Shown here: positions 1 to 8,960 of the stretch, piece by piece
Layout: every line of letters starts with the position of its first letter
How positions within the stretch are numbered: position 1 is the stretch's first letter
From: a virus
Taxonomy: Duplodnaviria; Caudoviricetes
DNA: 50,202 nt
IMG/VR virus record: IMGVR_UViG_3300048852_000054
Coordinates: 1 to 50,202 of that record
Direction: 5' to 3' (one strand)
Position numbers and translations under genes: made by a program
Notes under the pieces: model-generated
What the model was told of the DNA's origin: nothing
Seen by the model: only the letters and a program-made list of their open reading frames with translations
The model's database searches: none

Positions 1-677
1 TCACCTCCGCCACCCAGGCCTCGACCGCGCTCTACCAGGAGATCGCCCGGCGCGTGCCGGTGGTGCTGGTGAACCGCACGGTCGAGGGCTGGCCCTGCGA
101 CCAGGTGGCCAGCGACAACCACGGCGGCGGCCAGGCGGTCGCAACCTATTTCCGCGCCGCGAGGCGCCGCCGCATCGGCCTGCTCAGCGGCCCGCTGGCA
201 CCGAGCACGATCCGGGAGCGGGAGGCCGGCTTCCTCGCCGGCTGCGCCGGCGGGCCGGCGCCGGCAACAGTGCGGGTGGACAGCTTCACCTACCGTGCCG
301 GCGCCGATGGCATGCACCGGCTGCTGGCCCTGGCCGAGCCGCCGGATGCGGTGTTCTGCGCCAATGACGTGCTGGCGCTCGGCGCCCGGGATGCAGCGCG
401 CGTGAAGGGCGTCGCCGTGCCCGAGAAGCTATGGCTGATCGGCTATGACGATATCGAGACGGCAAGCTGGGCTGCCTTCGACCTGACCACGGTGCGCCAA
501 CCGATCGAGGTGATGGTGCGCCAGGCGGTCCGCCTCCTCCGCCAGCGCCTGGCCGGCGACACCACCACGCCGCAGCATCTTTGCCTGCCGAGCGAGCTGG
601 TGATCAGGGGCTCGACCGGCGGCGCCGGCGTCGCCCGGTCTGCTGGCAAGGCCACGGCGGAGGTTGTCACACCATGA
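1..677 (+). CDS. LacI/GalR-family transcriptional regulator, C-terminal sugar-binding part (5' truncated by window; host gene)
   Basis: Periplasmic-binding-fold motifs PVVLVNR, SDNHGGG, PDAVFCANDVLALG, VPEKLWLIGYDD, LTTVRQP, ELVIRGS. Confidence 0.92.
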   Translation, partial: TSATQASTALYQEIARRVPVVLVNRTVEGWPCDQVASDNHGGGQAVATYFRAARRRRIGLLSGPLAPSTIREREAGFLAGCAGGPAPATVRVDSFTYRAGADGMHRLLALAEPPDAVFCANDVLALGARDAARVKGVAVPEKLWLIGYDDIETASWAAFDLTTVRQPIEVMVRQAVRLLRQRLAGDTTTPQHLCLPSELVIRGSTGGAGVARSAGKATAEVVTP

Positions 678-782
678 CGTGATATCGCCTTTTGGTTGAA
701 GGCGCTGAATGAACCGCCCTAGCATCGGCCTATGTGAATTCCAGTTCACAACCGGTTGCGAAAGGCGGGCGCCGTGCAAGCG

Positions 783-1913
783 ATGGAACTGCGCAGGATA
801 CGGGCGACCGTCATCGGCGGCTCCAACACGCTGATGGGCGCTGCCTACATCGCAGATGTCCCGAAATGCGCACGGGCCCTGGGCATCGACCTCGAGATCG
901 TCGCCAATCTGGCGATCGGGAACACGAGCAGCCTCACCGGGCTGATGCGCCTGAAATCGGGCGCGCAGATCCAGAACTCGGACCTGCTGATCATCGAGTA
1001 TGCGCTGAACGACGTGTCGCTCTATGGCGACGACCGGGCCGCGATCGAATGCTGGGTGAAGTCATACGAGGGCATGATCCGCCATGCGCTCACGGCGAAC
1101 CCGGGCATCCGCATTCTCTCCTTCGTCCTTTACAACCAGCAGGGCTCGCACCGCTCCACCCTGCCCCTGCTGCCAGCCGCCATCGGCTACCTCTCGGACT
1201 GGTACGGCCTCACGAAGGTGGACGCCCATCGCGAGTTCGCCCAGCGCTTCGGCGCCAGCTATCCGGAGGTGGCGGGCCTCTACGCCGACCCGGCGCATTA
1301 CAGCCGGCCCGTCTTCACCCGCCTACTGGCGGAGCTGCTGGCCGCCGGCATCAGGAAGGCGGCCGACCGCCCGCCGTCAGCGCTTGCCCTGCCGCCGCCG
1401 GTCGATCCCGCCAATTATCAGCATGCGCGCGTCATCGCCTGCTCCACGGCCTGGCAGGGCCTCTCGACGACGACGTTCAGGAATTCAGTCTACTCGGTTG
1501 AGGCGGTCGAGCTCGCCAGCGGGACGTCGAGCTACAGCTCCAGGGCGGGCGGCTGCTGGCGGCGCTCTTTGCCTGCACGCCCGATGTGTCGCGGCTCCAT
1601 GTGGAGCTGGACGGCAGGACCCATGAATGCGCGACGCTCCGGCCGAGCATCCGTGACGGCAAGTTCAGCTTCCTGCTGGCGACGGTGAACCTTGAGGTCA
1701 TTCCGCCGCCGACGGCGGATGGCAACACCCGCTACCGCCTCTCCATCGACCCGCCGCGCGGCGCGCGCCATCCCGGCGCCGCAGCGCGGAACGGTGCCGC
1801 ATGCGGAAGGTCCCGAGGCCAGCCTCCCGATGGTGGCGCTGATGCACACCGGAACCCTCACCGGCATGCGGGCCATCGCGCGGGCAGAGGCGCGGGAGCC
1901 GGCGGCGGCCTGA
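783..1913 (+). pseudogene. SGNH/GDSL-hydrolase-like host gene broken by two apparent frameshifts (~1522 and ~1765)
   Basis: GGSN block, IEYALND block and DPAHY (DxxH). Protein-like sequence continues in ORF 1586..1957 and then in 1692..1913, in other frames. Confidence 0.55.
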
Positions 1914-1926
1914 TCCGGCAAGGAAA

Positions 1927-1944
1927 GGCGCGCCCTGAGGGACT
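1927..1944 (+). repeat. att core, left copy (GGCGCGCCCTGAGGGACT)
   Basis: Exact match to 50076-50093, the 3' end of the tRNA. Confidence 0.95.
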
Positions 1945-1975
1945 GCATATCTCCTGACATATCAATACGGTAGGC

Positions 1976-2036
1976 TGGCAACCCTCCGCCGAGGCGCCAC
2001 GGCGGATCAATAACTTACGAGGCAATTGGCAACCCT
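1976..2036 (+). repeat. Putative integrase arm-type sites (TGGCAACCCT x2)
   Basis: Copies at 1976-1985 and 2027-2036. The same motif occurs as an inverted pair at 50003-50030. Confidence 0.7.
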
Positions 2037-2084
2037 GCAGGCGGCGGAGTGGGCTCGCCCAACTCCTCTTCCCTTCCAGCCAAT

Positions 2085-2099
2085 GTTCGCATTACGTTC
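2085..2099 (+). promoter_or_regulatory. Alphaproteobacterial LexA (SOS) box GTTC-N7-GTTC
   Basis: GTTCgcattacGTTC, 6 nt upstream of ATG 2106 that opens an operon ending in SRAP. Confidence 0.8.
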
Positions 2100-2105
2100 T
2101 CATTC

Positions 2106-2444
2106 ATGCCCCACCGCGACTGGCCCGACCCCACCCCTCCCGAGGACCGCGGCCCGGACGGCACGCTCCGACTGCGCTGCTACCTGAAGAACGCCGACAG
2201 CACGTGGTTCGCCGCCGGCTGCACCACCTGCGGCCGTTCGCGCCCGATCGGCGTCCGGCCGGCGGTCGAGATCATGGGCACTGCAGAGGCCTCGGTCGGT
2301 GAGCTCGAGCGCCTTCTGCGGTGCACAGTCTGCGGCGGGAAGCGCGTGCAGATCGTCGTCGCGCCCGACACGCGATCGCCCGAGGACAAGCGACTGCAGG
2401 GGCCGCTGCCGCAGACGCTAGCCGGGTTGGGACCAGAGGAATGA
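2106..2444 (+). CDS. Small putative Zn-binding protein (CxxC...CxxC)
   Basis: CTTCGR and LRCTVCGG; ATG follows the LexA box. Confidence 0.7.
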   Translation: MPHRDWPDPTPPEDRGPDGTLRLRCYLKNADSTWFAAGCTTCGRSRPIGVRPAVEIMGTAEASVGELERLLRCTVCGGKRVQIVVAPDTRSPEDKRLQGPLPQTLAGLGPEE

Positions 2445-2447
2445 GCC

Positions 2448-2693
2448 ATGGGCGCACCAGGACTCGACGGCCGCCCCACCCCCATCTCCCCGCTGTGGCA
2501 TGCCGCCAACGCCCGCCTCAAGGTGACCTGCGGCTGCGGGCGCCGAGAGACGTTCCTGATCGCGGACGTGTTCGCCGGGCAGCCCCGCGATGCCAAGGTC
2601 CGGGAGCTGATGGAGCGGCTGCGGTGCCACGCGTGCAAGGCCAGGCCGCTGGAGACGGAAATGCTGCCGCCGATAGGATGGGGGCGGTGGTAG
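2448..2693 (+). CDS. Small putative Zn-binding protein (CxC...CxxC), resembles the upstream gene
   Basis: VTCGCGR and RLRCHACK; tight operon spacing. Confidence 0.7.
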   Translation: MGAPGLDGRPTPISPLWHAANARLKVTCGCGRRETFLIADVFAGQPRDAKVRELMERLRCHACKARPLETEMLPPIGWGRW

Positions 2694-2712
2694 GCGGCAC
2701 GGCGAGGCTCTG

Positions 2713-3399
2713 ATGTGCGGACGGTTCCAGCAGTCGCGGTCGGCGGCCGAGGTGGCTGCGACCTTCAGGACCGCGGGCCCGACGCCCAACACGCGGCCAT
2801 CGTGGAACATCGCCCCGACCCAGAATGCTCTGGCGGTCCGACGGCATCCGGAGACCGGCGAGCGCCACCTCGACCCGCTCCGCTGGGGCCTGGTGCCGCG
2901 CTGGGCCAAGGACGCCACCGCCGGCGCTCGCGCCATCAACGCGCGGGCCGAGACCGTCGCGACGCTGCCGACCTTCCGGGACGCCTTCCGCAAGCGCCGC
3001 TGCCTGGTGCCGGCGACAGGCTTCTACGAGTGGCGCACGCCGACATCGCCCAAGGGGCCGAAGCAGCCCTACAGCATCGCCGCGGCCGACCGGGGCATGC
3101 TGGCCTTTGCGGGGCTCTGGGAGGGCTGGCGCTCGCCTGACGGGGAGATCCTGCGGACCTTCACCATCGTCACCACCGATGCCAACGCGCAGATGCGGCC
3201 GCTCCACAGCCGTATGCCGGTGATGCTGCGAGACGAAGCGTGGGATCTCTGGCTGAACCCGGAGGCGGAACTCGGCGACCTGGTGCCGCTCTTCGGGCCC
3301 GACGCGTCGCCCGAGCTCGCCATGTGGCCGGTGTCGCCGCGGGTGGGACGGGTCAGTGAGGATGATCCGGACCTCGCGGAGCCGGTGGAGGTGGCGTAG
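2713..3399 (+). CDS. SOS response-associated peptidase (SRAP/YedK/HMCES family, abasic-site protection)
   Basis: N-terminal MCGRF, WNIAPTQ, WGLVP, INARAET, GFYEW, HSRMPV. Confidence 0.95.
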   Translation: MCGRFQQSRSAAEVAATFRTAGPTPNTRPSWNIAPTQNALAVRRHPETGERHLDPLRWGLVPRWAKDATAGARAINARAETVATLPTFRDAFRKRRCLVPATGFYEWRTPTSPKGPKQPYSIAAADRGMLAFAGLWEGWRSPDGEILRTFTIVTTDANAQMRPLHSRMPVMLRDEAWDLWLNPEAELGDLVPLFGPDASPELAMWPVSPRVGRVSEDDPDLAEPVEVA

Positions 3400-3478
3400 C
3401 GCGGCGTCGACTAGGCAAGGCTGGGACGGGCGACGGACATAGGATAGACACCAGCTACACCCCGAGAGGAGCCACTCA

Positions 3479-3754
3479 ATGAAGCTGGCCGAAACCATGA
3501 TCGCGTGGGACCCGAAGACGGGCGAAGTGAAGATCGGTCCAGTCCCCGACCGAACGGGATGGTCCCGGCATCTGCCTAAAACGGTCGGCGCCTGCTACGT
3601 GGATTTTCAGGAGGCATCTCCGACGGAGAAGCTCGTTCACCTGTTCACCTACTTCGTCGCAATCACTGTGCACGACGGCGTCGACCCCGCTGTGGTCCAC
3701 AAGGCCTTCTTGGGTATCGACGAGTATCGCAAAGACATCGTGGGCGAGGACTAG
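3479..3754 (+). CDS. Hypothetical protein (moron)
   Basis: GAGGAG RBS upstream of ATG; protein-like composition. Confidence 0.65.
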   Translation: MKLAETMIAWDPKTGEVKIGPVPDRTGWSRHLPKTVGACYVDFQEASPTEKLVHLFTYFVAITVHDGVDPAVVHKAFLGIDEYRKDIVGED

Positions 3755-4284
3755 GAGCCGCGGGGCGACTAGGTTTATCCGAGCCCGTGGAGCTGGATGT
3801 GCGCTAGGGTTCAGCCCCAGATCAGGTAGCCGGCCGCCACTCCGCAGGCCCAGAATACCAAGCGGTCGATGAGCCGGCCCCAGCCCTGCCCTAGGGCCGG
3901 CGAGGTGAACGTGTGCTGGTCAGCCACGGGAACGCCTCATGCCCAGGTACAGATAACGGCGTCGCGCTACCCGGCGATGCAGGAGTTTGAGTGCGACCTG
4001 GGGGTGGCGCGCGAGGACAGCTTCAGCGATGGGGTAGAGGAGCCGCCGGCGAAACGGGCTCATCCACGGCTCTGGGGGCGATTGCTGCTCAGGCATCGGT
4101 GCAGCCTTCCGGGAACGGCGCGCTCCGCCCAGCACCTCGGGCAGAAGTCCTCGCCGCTGTCGCAGGTGCGCGCATCCTCCGCGAGCACTTCTTCCTCGCA
4201 GGCAACACAGGTGAGCCAGCCCTCGTCGCCATAATCATCGGGCGGCGCCTGCCGGTTACAAGTCGCCGCCGCGGGTCGGTTGCC

Positions 4285-4845
4285 TTAGCCTGCAGATAGC
4301 CGGACTCGGGCTCCCGAGAGATGTACCGCTGCTCCAAATTCATCAGCGAGGCGGGATCGCAGCGCGTGCCAGATCAGCCGCTGATCGGAGTCTAATGGCG
4401 GGTTGGCCCGGACGACGCTTGCATGTGTTGGGCATGGACCGAGACGGTCATCCTTCTCGGTCGTGGGATCTGCATTCACGCACACCTCGCGGCGGCCGGC
4501 AGTGTCAAGAATCGCGCGCAATCGCTCCGCACAAACCGATGCAACGACAGGATCTTCGGCCCAGCCGTTCTCTTTGTTCGCGGCGATTGCTCGGCGGAGC
4601 ACCTCTTCCGGAGCAGTCTTCTCGCGTCGCAGGACAGACACGGTCTTGCCGCCCCTCTGAGCGAGTTCGTCCTTGCTGAAAGCCGCTGGGGTTAGGCGCG
4701 CGGTCCCACTTTCATCTGCGATCAGCCAGTCACGTATGGGGACAAAGCGCACAAGCGACTCTGCACCATCGACAGGACTAGGCGCAGGTGGCGGAGCCAG
4801 CGCCTCACAAGGGCATGCCTCCGCACAGCTCGAGCAGCCCGTCAT
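4285..4845 (-). CDS. Putative ADP-ribosyltransferase-like toxin; third gene of the TIGR04255 cassette
   Basis: Pattern LVRF...PAAF...VSV.R...DP...HASV recalls ART-fold toxins; ATGA overlap with the upstream gene. Confidence 0.55.
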   Translation of the reverse strand: MTGCSSCAEACPCEALAPPPAPSPVDGAESLVRFVPIRDWLIADESGTARLTPAAFSKDELAQRGGKTVSVLRREKTAPEEVLRRAIAANKENGWAEDPVVASVCAERLRAILDTAGRREVCVNADPTTEKDDRLGPCPTHASVVRANPPLDSDQRLIWHALRSRLADEFGAAVHLSGARVRLSAG

Positions 4846-5456
4846 GCGTGGAAAAGCTCCACCGCCTCATAGAAGGGGCTGGCAGAGTCTACTGAGAGGT
4901 CCAGGTCCTTACCTAGATCGGTACGGCCGCCGCCAGTGACGACCCAGACCAAATGATCGTCCGGCTGAAGCATGGCTTCCAAGCGCCTACCACCCCTGAA
5001 CCATGTAAGGGCGATCTCACCCTCGGCCGATGGAGACGCCTGGGGGAGCGGAAGAGCCGACGGAAGACCACGCAACAGCAAACGCGCTCTGTTGAGCAGC
5101 GTCGGCGAGACCAGCACCGTGCCCTCGCCCGCCCAATCGGCCGGCAGGCGAGCAAAACCCTCGATACGCCGCCATAGAGCCGCAAGTGCAGCCATCCGCC
5201 AAGAAGGAGACGCGCCGCTAACGGCCAATTCCAACAAGTTCCGGCGGGGCGGTCGATAAGCAAATGCTCCGCGCGTTACGGCATAGAGCTTGTGCTCACC
5301 CATTGAGGAGAGATCGACAACAGAACGAGCTGCATTAACATCCAGAATCGCGCCGGCGTCCCGCCGCCAGTATTCCACCTCAGCGCTCAACAGAGACGGC
5401 GGCGGACAAATCGCTGCCGATGGAAACGCGCCAACAACATGATTGAGCTGCGCCAT
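4842..5456 (-). CDS. Conserved hypothetical protein, putative antitoxin; second gene of the cassette
   Basis: LPADWAGEG...PQASPSAEGEIALTW motif typical of TIGR04255 partners; low-complexity N-terminus. Confidence 0.6.
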   Translation of the reverse strand: MAQLNHVVGAFPSAAICPPPSLLSAEVEYWRRDAGAILDVNAARSVVDLSSMGEHKLYAVTRGAFAYRPPRRNLLELAVSGASPSWRMAALAALWRRIEGFARLPADWAGEGTVLVSPTLLNRARLLLRGLPSALPLPQASPSAEGEIALTWFRGGRRLEAMLQPDDHLVWVVTGGGRTDLGKDLDLSVDSASPFYEAVELFHA

Positions 5457-5458
5457 AC

Positions 5459-6307
5459 TTAGTTCAACCCGATACGTTGAGCCATTTCCTGGTTAAGCAA
5501 CATTTTTATAGTGCTCTTATTGAGGTCGTGCAAATACCGCATTGCGCCCTCCGCTTCCGGTGCTTCGCCTGAGAACAGCCCCTCTAGCGAGTGCGGAGTA
5601 GCAAGCTGGATCTCCAGCGTCTGATCGATCCTGAGCCGCCAGCCGCGGTTCGGGTCCTCTGCCAGGTCGCAGGTCAAGGCATCAACCTCGAATGCGCTCG
5701 GAAACCGGCGCCACCCAGAAGGGCGTCGGACGGAGTGACCCACCTGCCATGCTTGGTTGCGGACATAAACTTCACGAGGGACGCGCGGTGCCTCAGCAAC
5801 AAACAATTCGCCAGCAGACACATCTGTGGGTGGCCCCGCCCAGTTAAAGACGTCAATTATTTGGTGAGCGAACCCAGTAACCAGAAGAGGAACAACCGGG
5901 CGTCCGATCGGGACCTCTTGGACGGCGGCGTGGGCGATCAGCGCGTCAACCACCGTGCCGAGCCAGAGCGCTGCCTTAGGCCACAGATCGTGCCAGCGTC
6001 CGTATTGCAGAAAATTGACAACAAGAACATTCTGATCAACCGCAAGTCGGGCCTCGAGGGACCCATCACGCTTGTATGAAGCCATAATCACCGGCGCTGC
6101 CAGCGGAGGCGGAGGGCCACCGGGAGGGACTGGCCCCAAGAAGAGATTGACCGTTGGTGGCGTCTCTAGCTTCGGGAGGTCCTCCGCAATGCGCTTGTGC
6201 GCAAGCTTGACAGCCTCGGCCTCGTCAGAGCCCAAAGGGCGAGACAGGCGGATGATGACCACCGCCTCCAGAATCGCGTTCCGCGGGTTAATCGGTTCGA
6301 ACGCCAA
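5459..6307 (-). CDS. TIGR04255-family protein
   Basis: N-terminal NAILEAVVIIR, YGRWHDLW, C-terminal LHDLNKSTIKMLL; TTG start with GGAG RBS. Confidence 0.7.
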   Translation of the reverse strand: MAFEPINPRNAILEAVVIIRLSRPLGSDEAEAVKLAHKRIAEDLPKLETPPTVNLFLGPVPPGGPPPPLAAPVIMASYKRDGSLEARLAVDQNVLVVNFLQYGRWHDLWPKAALWLGTVVDALIAHAAVQEVPIGRPVVPLLVTGFAHQIIDVFNWAGPPTDVSAGELFVAEAPRVPREVYVRNQAWQVGHSVRRPSGWRRFPSAFEVDALTCDLAEDPNRGWRLRIDQTLEIQLATPHSLEGLFSGEAPEAEGAMRYLHDLNKSTIKMLLNQEMAQRIGLN

Positions 6308-6523
6308 CGCCGTCTCCAGTCCTCTTGCGCATCAATCTAGACCGCCTCCCGGCCCCATACCAGTCTATGCCGAAGGCATCTTTCGCCATGCACACCGAAG
6401 GCCGACTACGAAGTCAGCGGAAGTTGCAAGACAATCTTCCTAGTATATCCAACTATACAGGTTACATGGCGGCAGTGCACATTAAGGGCCCGTGATGTGA
6501 TGCCCCGATCGCTGGAGGAACCT

Positions 6524-6916
6524 ATGCCTGCAGGAGCTACGATCACTAACTACCGCCTGGATCTGACGCCCAGTCGTGATGCTGTTGCCATTAGCTTCAG
6601 CACCGAAGATGGCGCCGCTTCGCAATTCACGCTACCGGTGGGCCCTAGCGCTTCAGAATTTATTGGAAAACTCATTGAGCAATTTCAGTTCGCTGGCAAT
6701 TACATGCCGGCACCACCAAGTGAAAATCGTATGGTCGACGGTGTATATCCGACCTATCCGCTGATCACAGGTATCTCCTGGAATATTCATCCACAGACCG
6801 GCGAGAGATATCCCCTGTTAGTCGTGGATTATGGCGGCTGCGTGCTCGCCTTTGCGATCGATGCAGCATCGGCCGAGGCGGCCCTAAGGGTAATTGCGAA
6901 AATGCAGCCGAAGTAA
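6524..6916 (+). CDS. Hypothetical protein (low-GC moron)
   Basis: GGAGG RBS before ATG 6524; divergent from the cassette. Confidence 0.65.
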   Translation: MPAGATITNYRLDLTPSRDAVAISFSTEDGAASQFTLPVGPSASEFIGKLIEQFQFAGNYMPAPPSENRMVDGVYPTYPLITGISWNIHPQTGERYPLLVVDYGGCVLAFAIDAASAEAALRVIAKMQPK

Positions 6917-7026
6917 CCGTCTCTGGCGACACGCACCCCACCGCTCTAACCCTGGCCGTGTCAGCAGCACACGCGCTCGGGCAAGATCGCTGATCCTGCG
7001 GAAGCGTCATCGCCAATCCGGGCAGC

Positions 7027-7070
7027 CTAGGCTACCCCCACCACCTCCCGCGCCGCCGCCCAGCGGCGCT
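7027..7070 (-). repeat. 44-bp duplicate of the endolysin 3' end
   Basis: 41/44 identical to 8961-9004, including the stop codon. Confidence 0.85.
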
Positions 7071-7102
7071 AGCGATAGTTTAGGAGGCCCGGAGGCGCAT
7101 CC

Positions 7103-7417
7103 CTAGGGCAGCCGCCGCCGCGGCGGCACCTCGTCGCGACCCAGGAAGCGCCCCTGGGCGTCATAGCGGCGGATCTGCCCGCCACGGCGCTCCGCCCGGC
7201 CAGTGAAGCGCCCTTGGGCGTCGTAGGAGCGCGCCGCGCCGGTCTCCCGGCCGCTTCGCTCAACGCGGCCCAGGTAGCGGCCCTGGGCATCGTACCGGCG
7301 CAGCGTCTCCGCCTGGGTCGGTGGAGAGGCTGCGAGCAGCAGCAACAGCAGGAGCCCCGTCAGCGGGCCGCCGCGCCGCAGCGCTCGCCAGAGAGGGGTT
7401 GGTTGCCAGTCAGCCAC
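7103..7417 (-). CDS. Small exported protein with three R(R/S)YDAQGR(Y/F)xGR repeats
   Basis: Hydrophobic signal-like segment (GLLLLLLLAASPPTQA) followed by 3 repeats; GGAGG upstream of GTG. Confidence 0.6.
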   Translation of the reverse strand: MADWQPTPLWRALRRGGPLTGLLLLLLLAASPPTQAETLRRYDAQGRYLGRVERSGRETGAARSYDAQGRFTGRAERRGGQIRRYDAQGRFLGRDEVPPRRRLP

Positions 7418-8124
7418 GAGACCCTTCCTCCGGATAGGCTTCCGCCGAGAACGGCGACAACCGGCCCGCTTCAACCTTGGCACGTAGCATCCGCAGGATC
7501 GCCACTGGTGAAGCCGTGCCCCGGCGAGCTGCGGGTCATTTTGTCCCTACTGCGCGACCGATCCAAGCAGCACAGCAACGCCTAGCCAGCCAACGCCGAG
7601 TTCGGGGTGTGCGGCCAGTGCGCCCGTCAGGGATGCCCGAGCTGGAAGTCGGCACAATGCAGGGATCGCGCCCTGCCCACCCCGCCCCCATAACCTCAGG
7701 TTGCGTTCAGGCCAGGACGTTGCCAAAGTTGGACGGATTGGATGACGCGGCCCGCGTCGCCCGCCCGATGAGGGAATGCGCGTGCCAGAGTCGCGAGAGA
7801 TGAGGCCCCGAGACTGCGTCTACGCGGCGATCACGGCGTTCCTGATTTGCTTGGCGGGGCGGGAGGCGCTGCGATACGCGTCCCACCATTGGGACGAGCT
7901 GCCGCTGTCTCAGTGGCAGGCTAAGCAGCCTGACCTAGCGGGTCAGGACACGAAGGGCGGCTAGGCCACTGCTGCCAGCGCCTACTTCTCCACTGGCCTC
8001 GCCAGCAGCCATACCATCACGAGGCCATCATCGCTTCGGCCTTGGCCCGCTGGCGATGGGCGGATTTCGCCGAGCTGCACCCACGTAGTAGGATCGCGCC
8101 TCGCGGAGCGGAGAGGCGCCTGAG

Positions 8125-8943
8125 GTGAAGAGGATCAAAAAGGAGCTGCGCGCACTAAGGCGCATCTCTAAGACAAACCCGCTGTCCACCCTGCTCCGTA
8201 TCTTTGTTTATGGAAGGATTGGAAGGCGGACCATCCTGCCGGTCAATGTACTCGGGCAGGACATATACATCAGAACCACGACTTCCGACCTGGAAGTCGC
8301 AGTGTCGTCGCTCGGCGGCGAATATTCCTGCCTGGACCGTGCTTACCCGAAATCGCATAAGGGGCTGATCATCGACGCCGGCGGATACATCGGGACTGCT
8401 GCCATTGCCCTGGCTGAGATGTATCCCCAAGCGACTGTCGTTTCCATTGAGCCAGCCCGAGAGAATTTCGAGCTTCTAATAAGAAACACCCGGCACCACA
8501 CAAATATCGTCGCGCACAACGCCGCCCTCCTTCCACATTCAGAGAGCGGGCATGTCGATCTCATGAACAGGGGCACGGGTGAGTGGGGCTTCACTGTAGT
8601 AGAAAAACCCGCTGACCGGCCAGCGCAGCCCATTCATAAGGTCGAAGCGATCTCGCTTGCCCGTCTAATGGATCTTTATGGCTGCGATCGAATTACGATC
8701 TGCAAGATGGATATTGAGGGCGCTGAGCATAGGCTCCTGATGCGTCACAGCTGGCTAGAGAAGACCGACATATTGATGATCGAGCTGCACGAGAGGATTG
8801 TGCTGGGCTGTGAGCAGGCATTCGAGGATGCCACCAAGGGTCGGTTCACCTATTCCGCCGGCGGCGAGAAACTGGTCTCGGTTGGGAAGAACTACTTTCT
8901 TCCGGTGCCTCGCACAGCTGTCGTCGAAGGGGCGCCCGGCTAG
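8125..8943 (+). CDS. FkbM-family SAM-dependent methyltransferase (moron)
   Basis: IIDAGGYIG, SIEPARENF, KMDIEGAE, IELHER. Confidence 0.9.
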   Translation: MKRIKKELRALRRISKTNPLSTLLRIFVYGRIGRRTILPVNVLGQDIYIRTTTSDLEVAVSSLGGEYSCLDRAYPKSHKGLIIDAGGYIGTAAIALAEMYPQATVVSIEPARENFELLIRNTRHHTNIVAHNAALLPHSESGHVDLMNRGTGEWGFTVVEKPADRPAQPIHKVEAISLARLMDLYGCDRITICKMDIEGAEHRLLMRHSWLEKTDILMIELHERIVLGCEQAFEDATKGRFTYSAGGEKLVSVGKNYFLPVPRTAVVEGAPG

Positions 8944-8960
8944 CGGACCCTCGGGCAGAG

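Noticed and set aside
3810-4135. Small minus-strand ORFs (71 aa and a 38-aa membrane peptide) and ORF 7800..7964
   Set aside because: Plausible but too short and motif-free to support from sequence alone.
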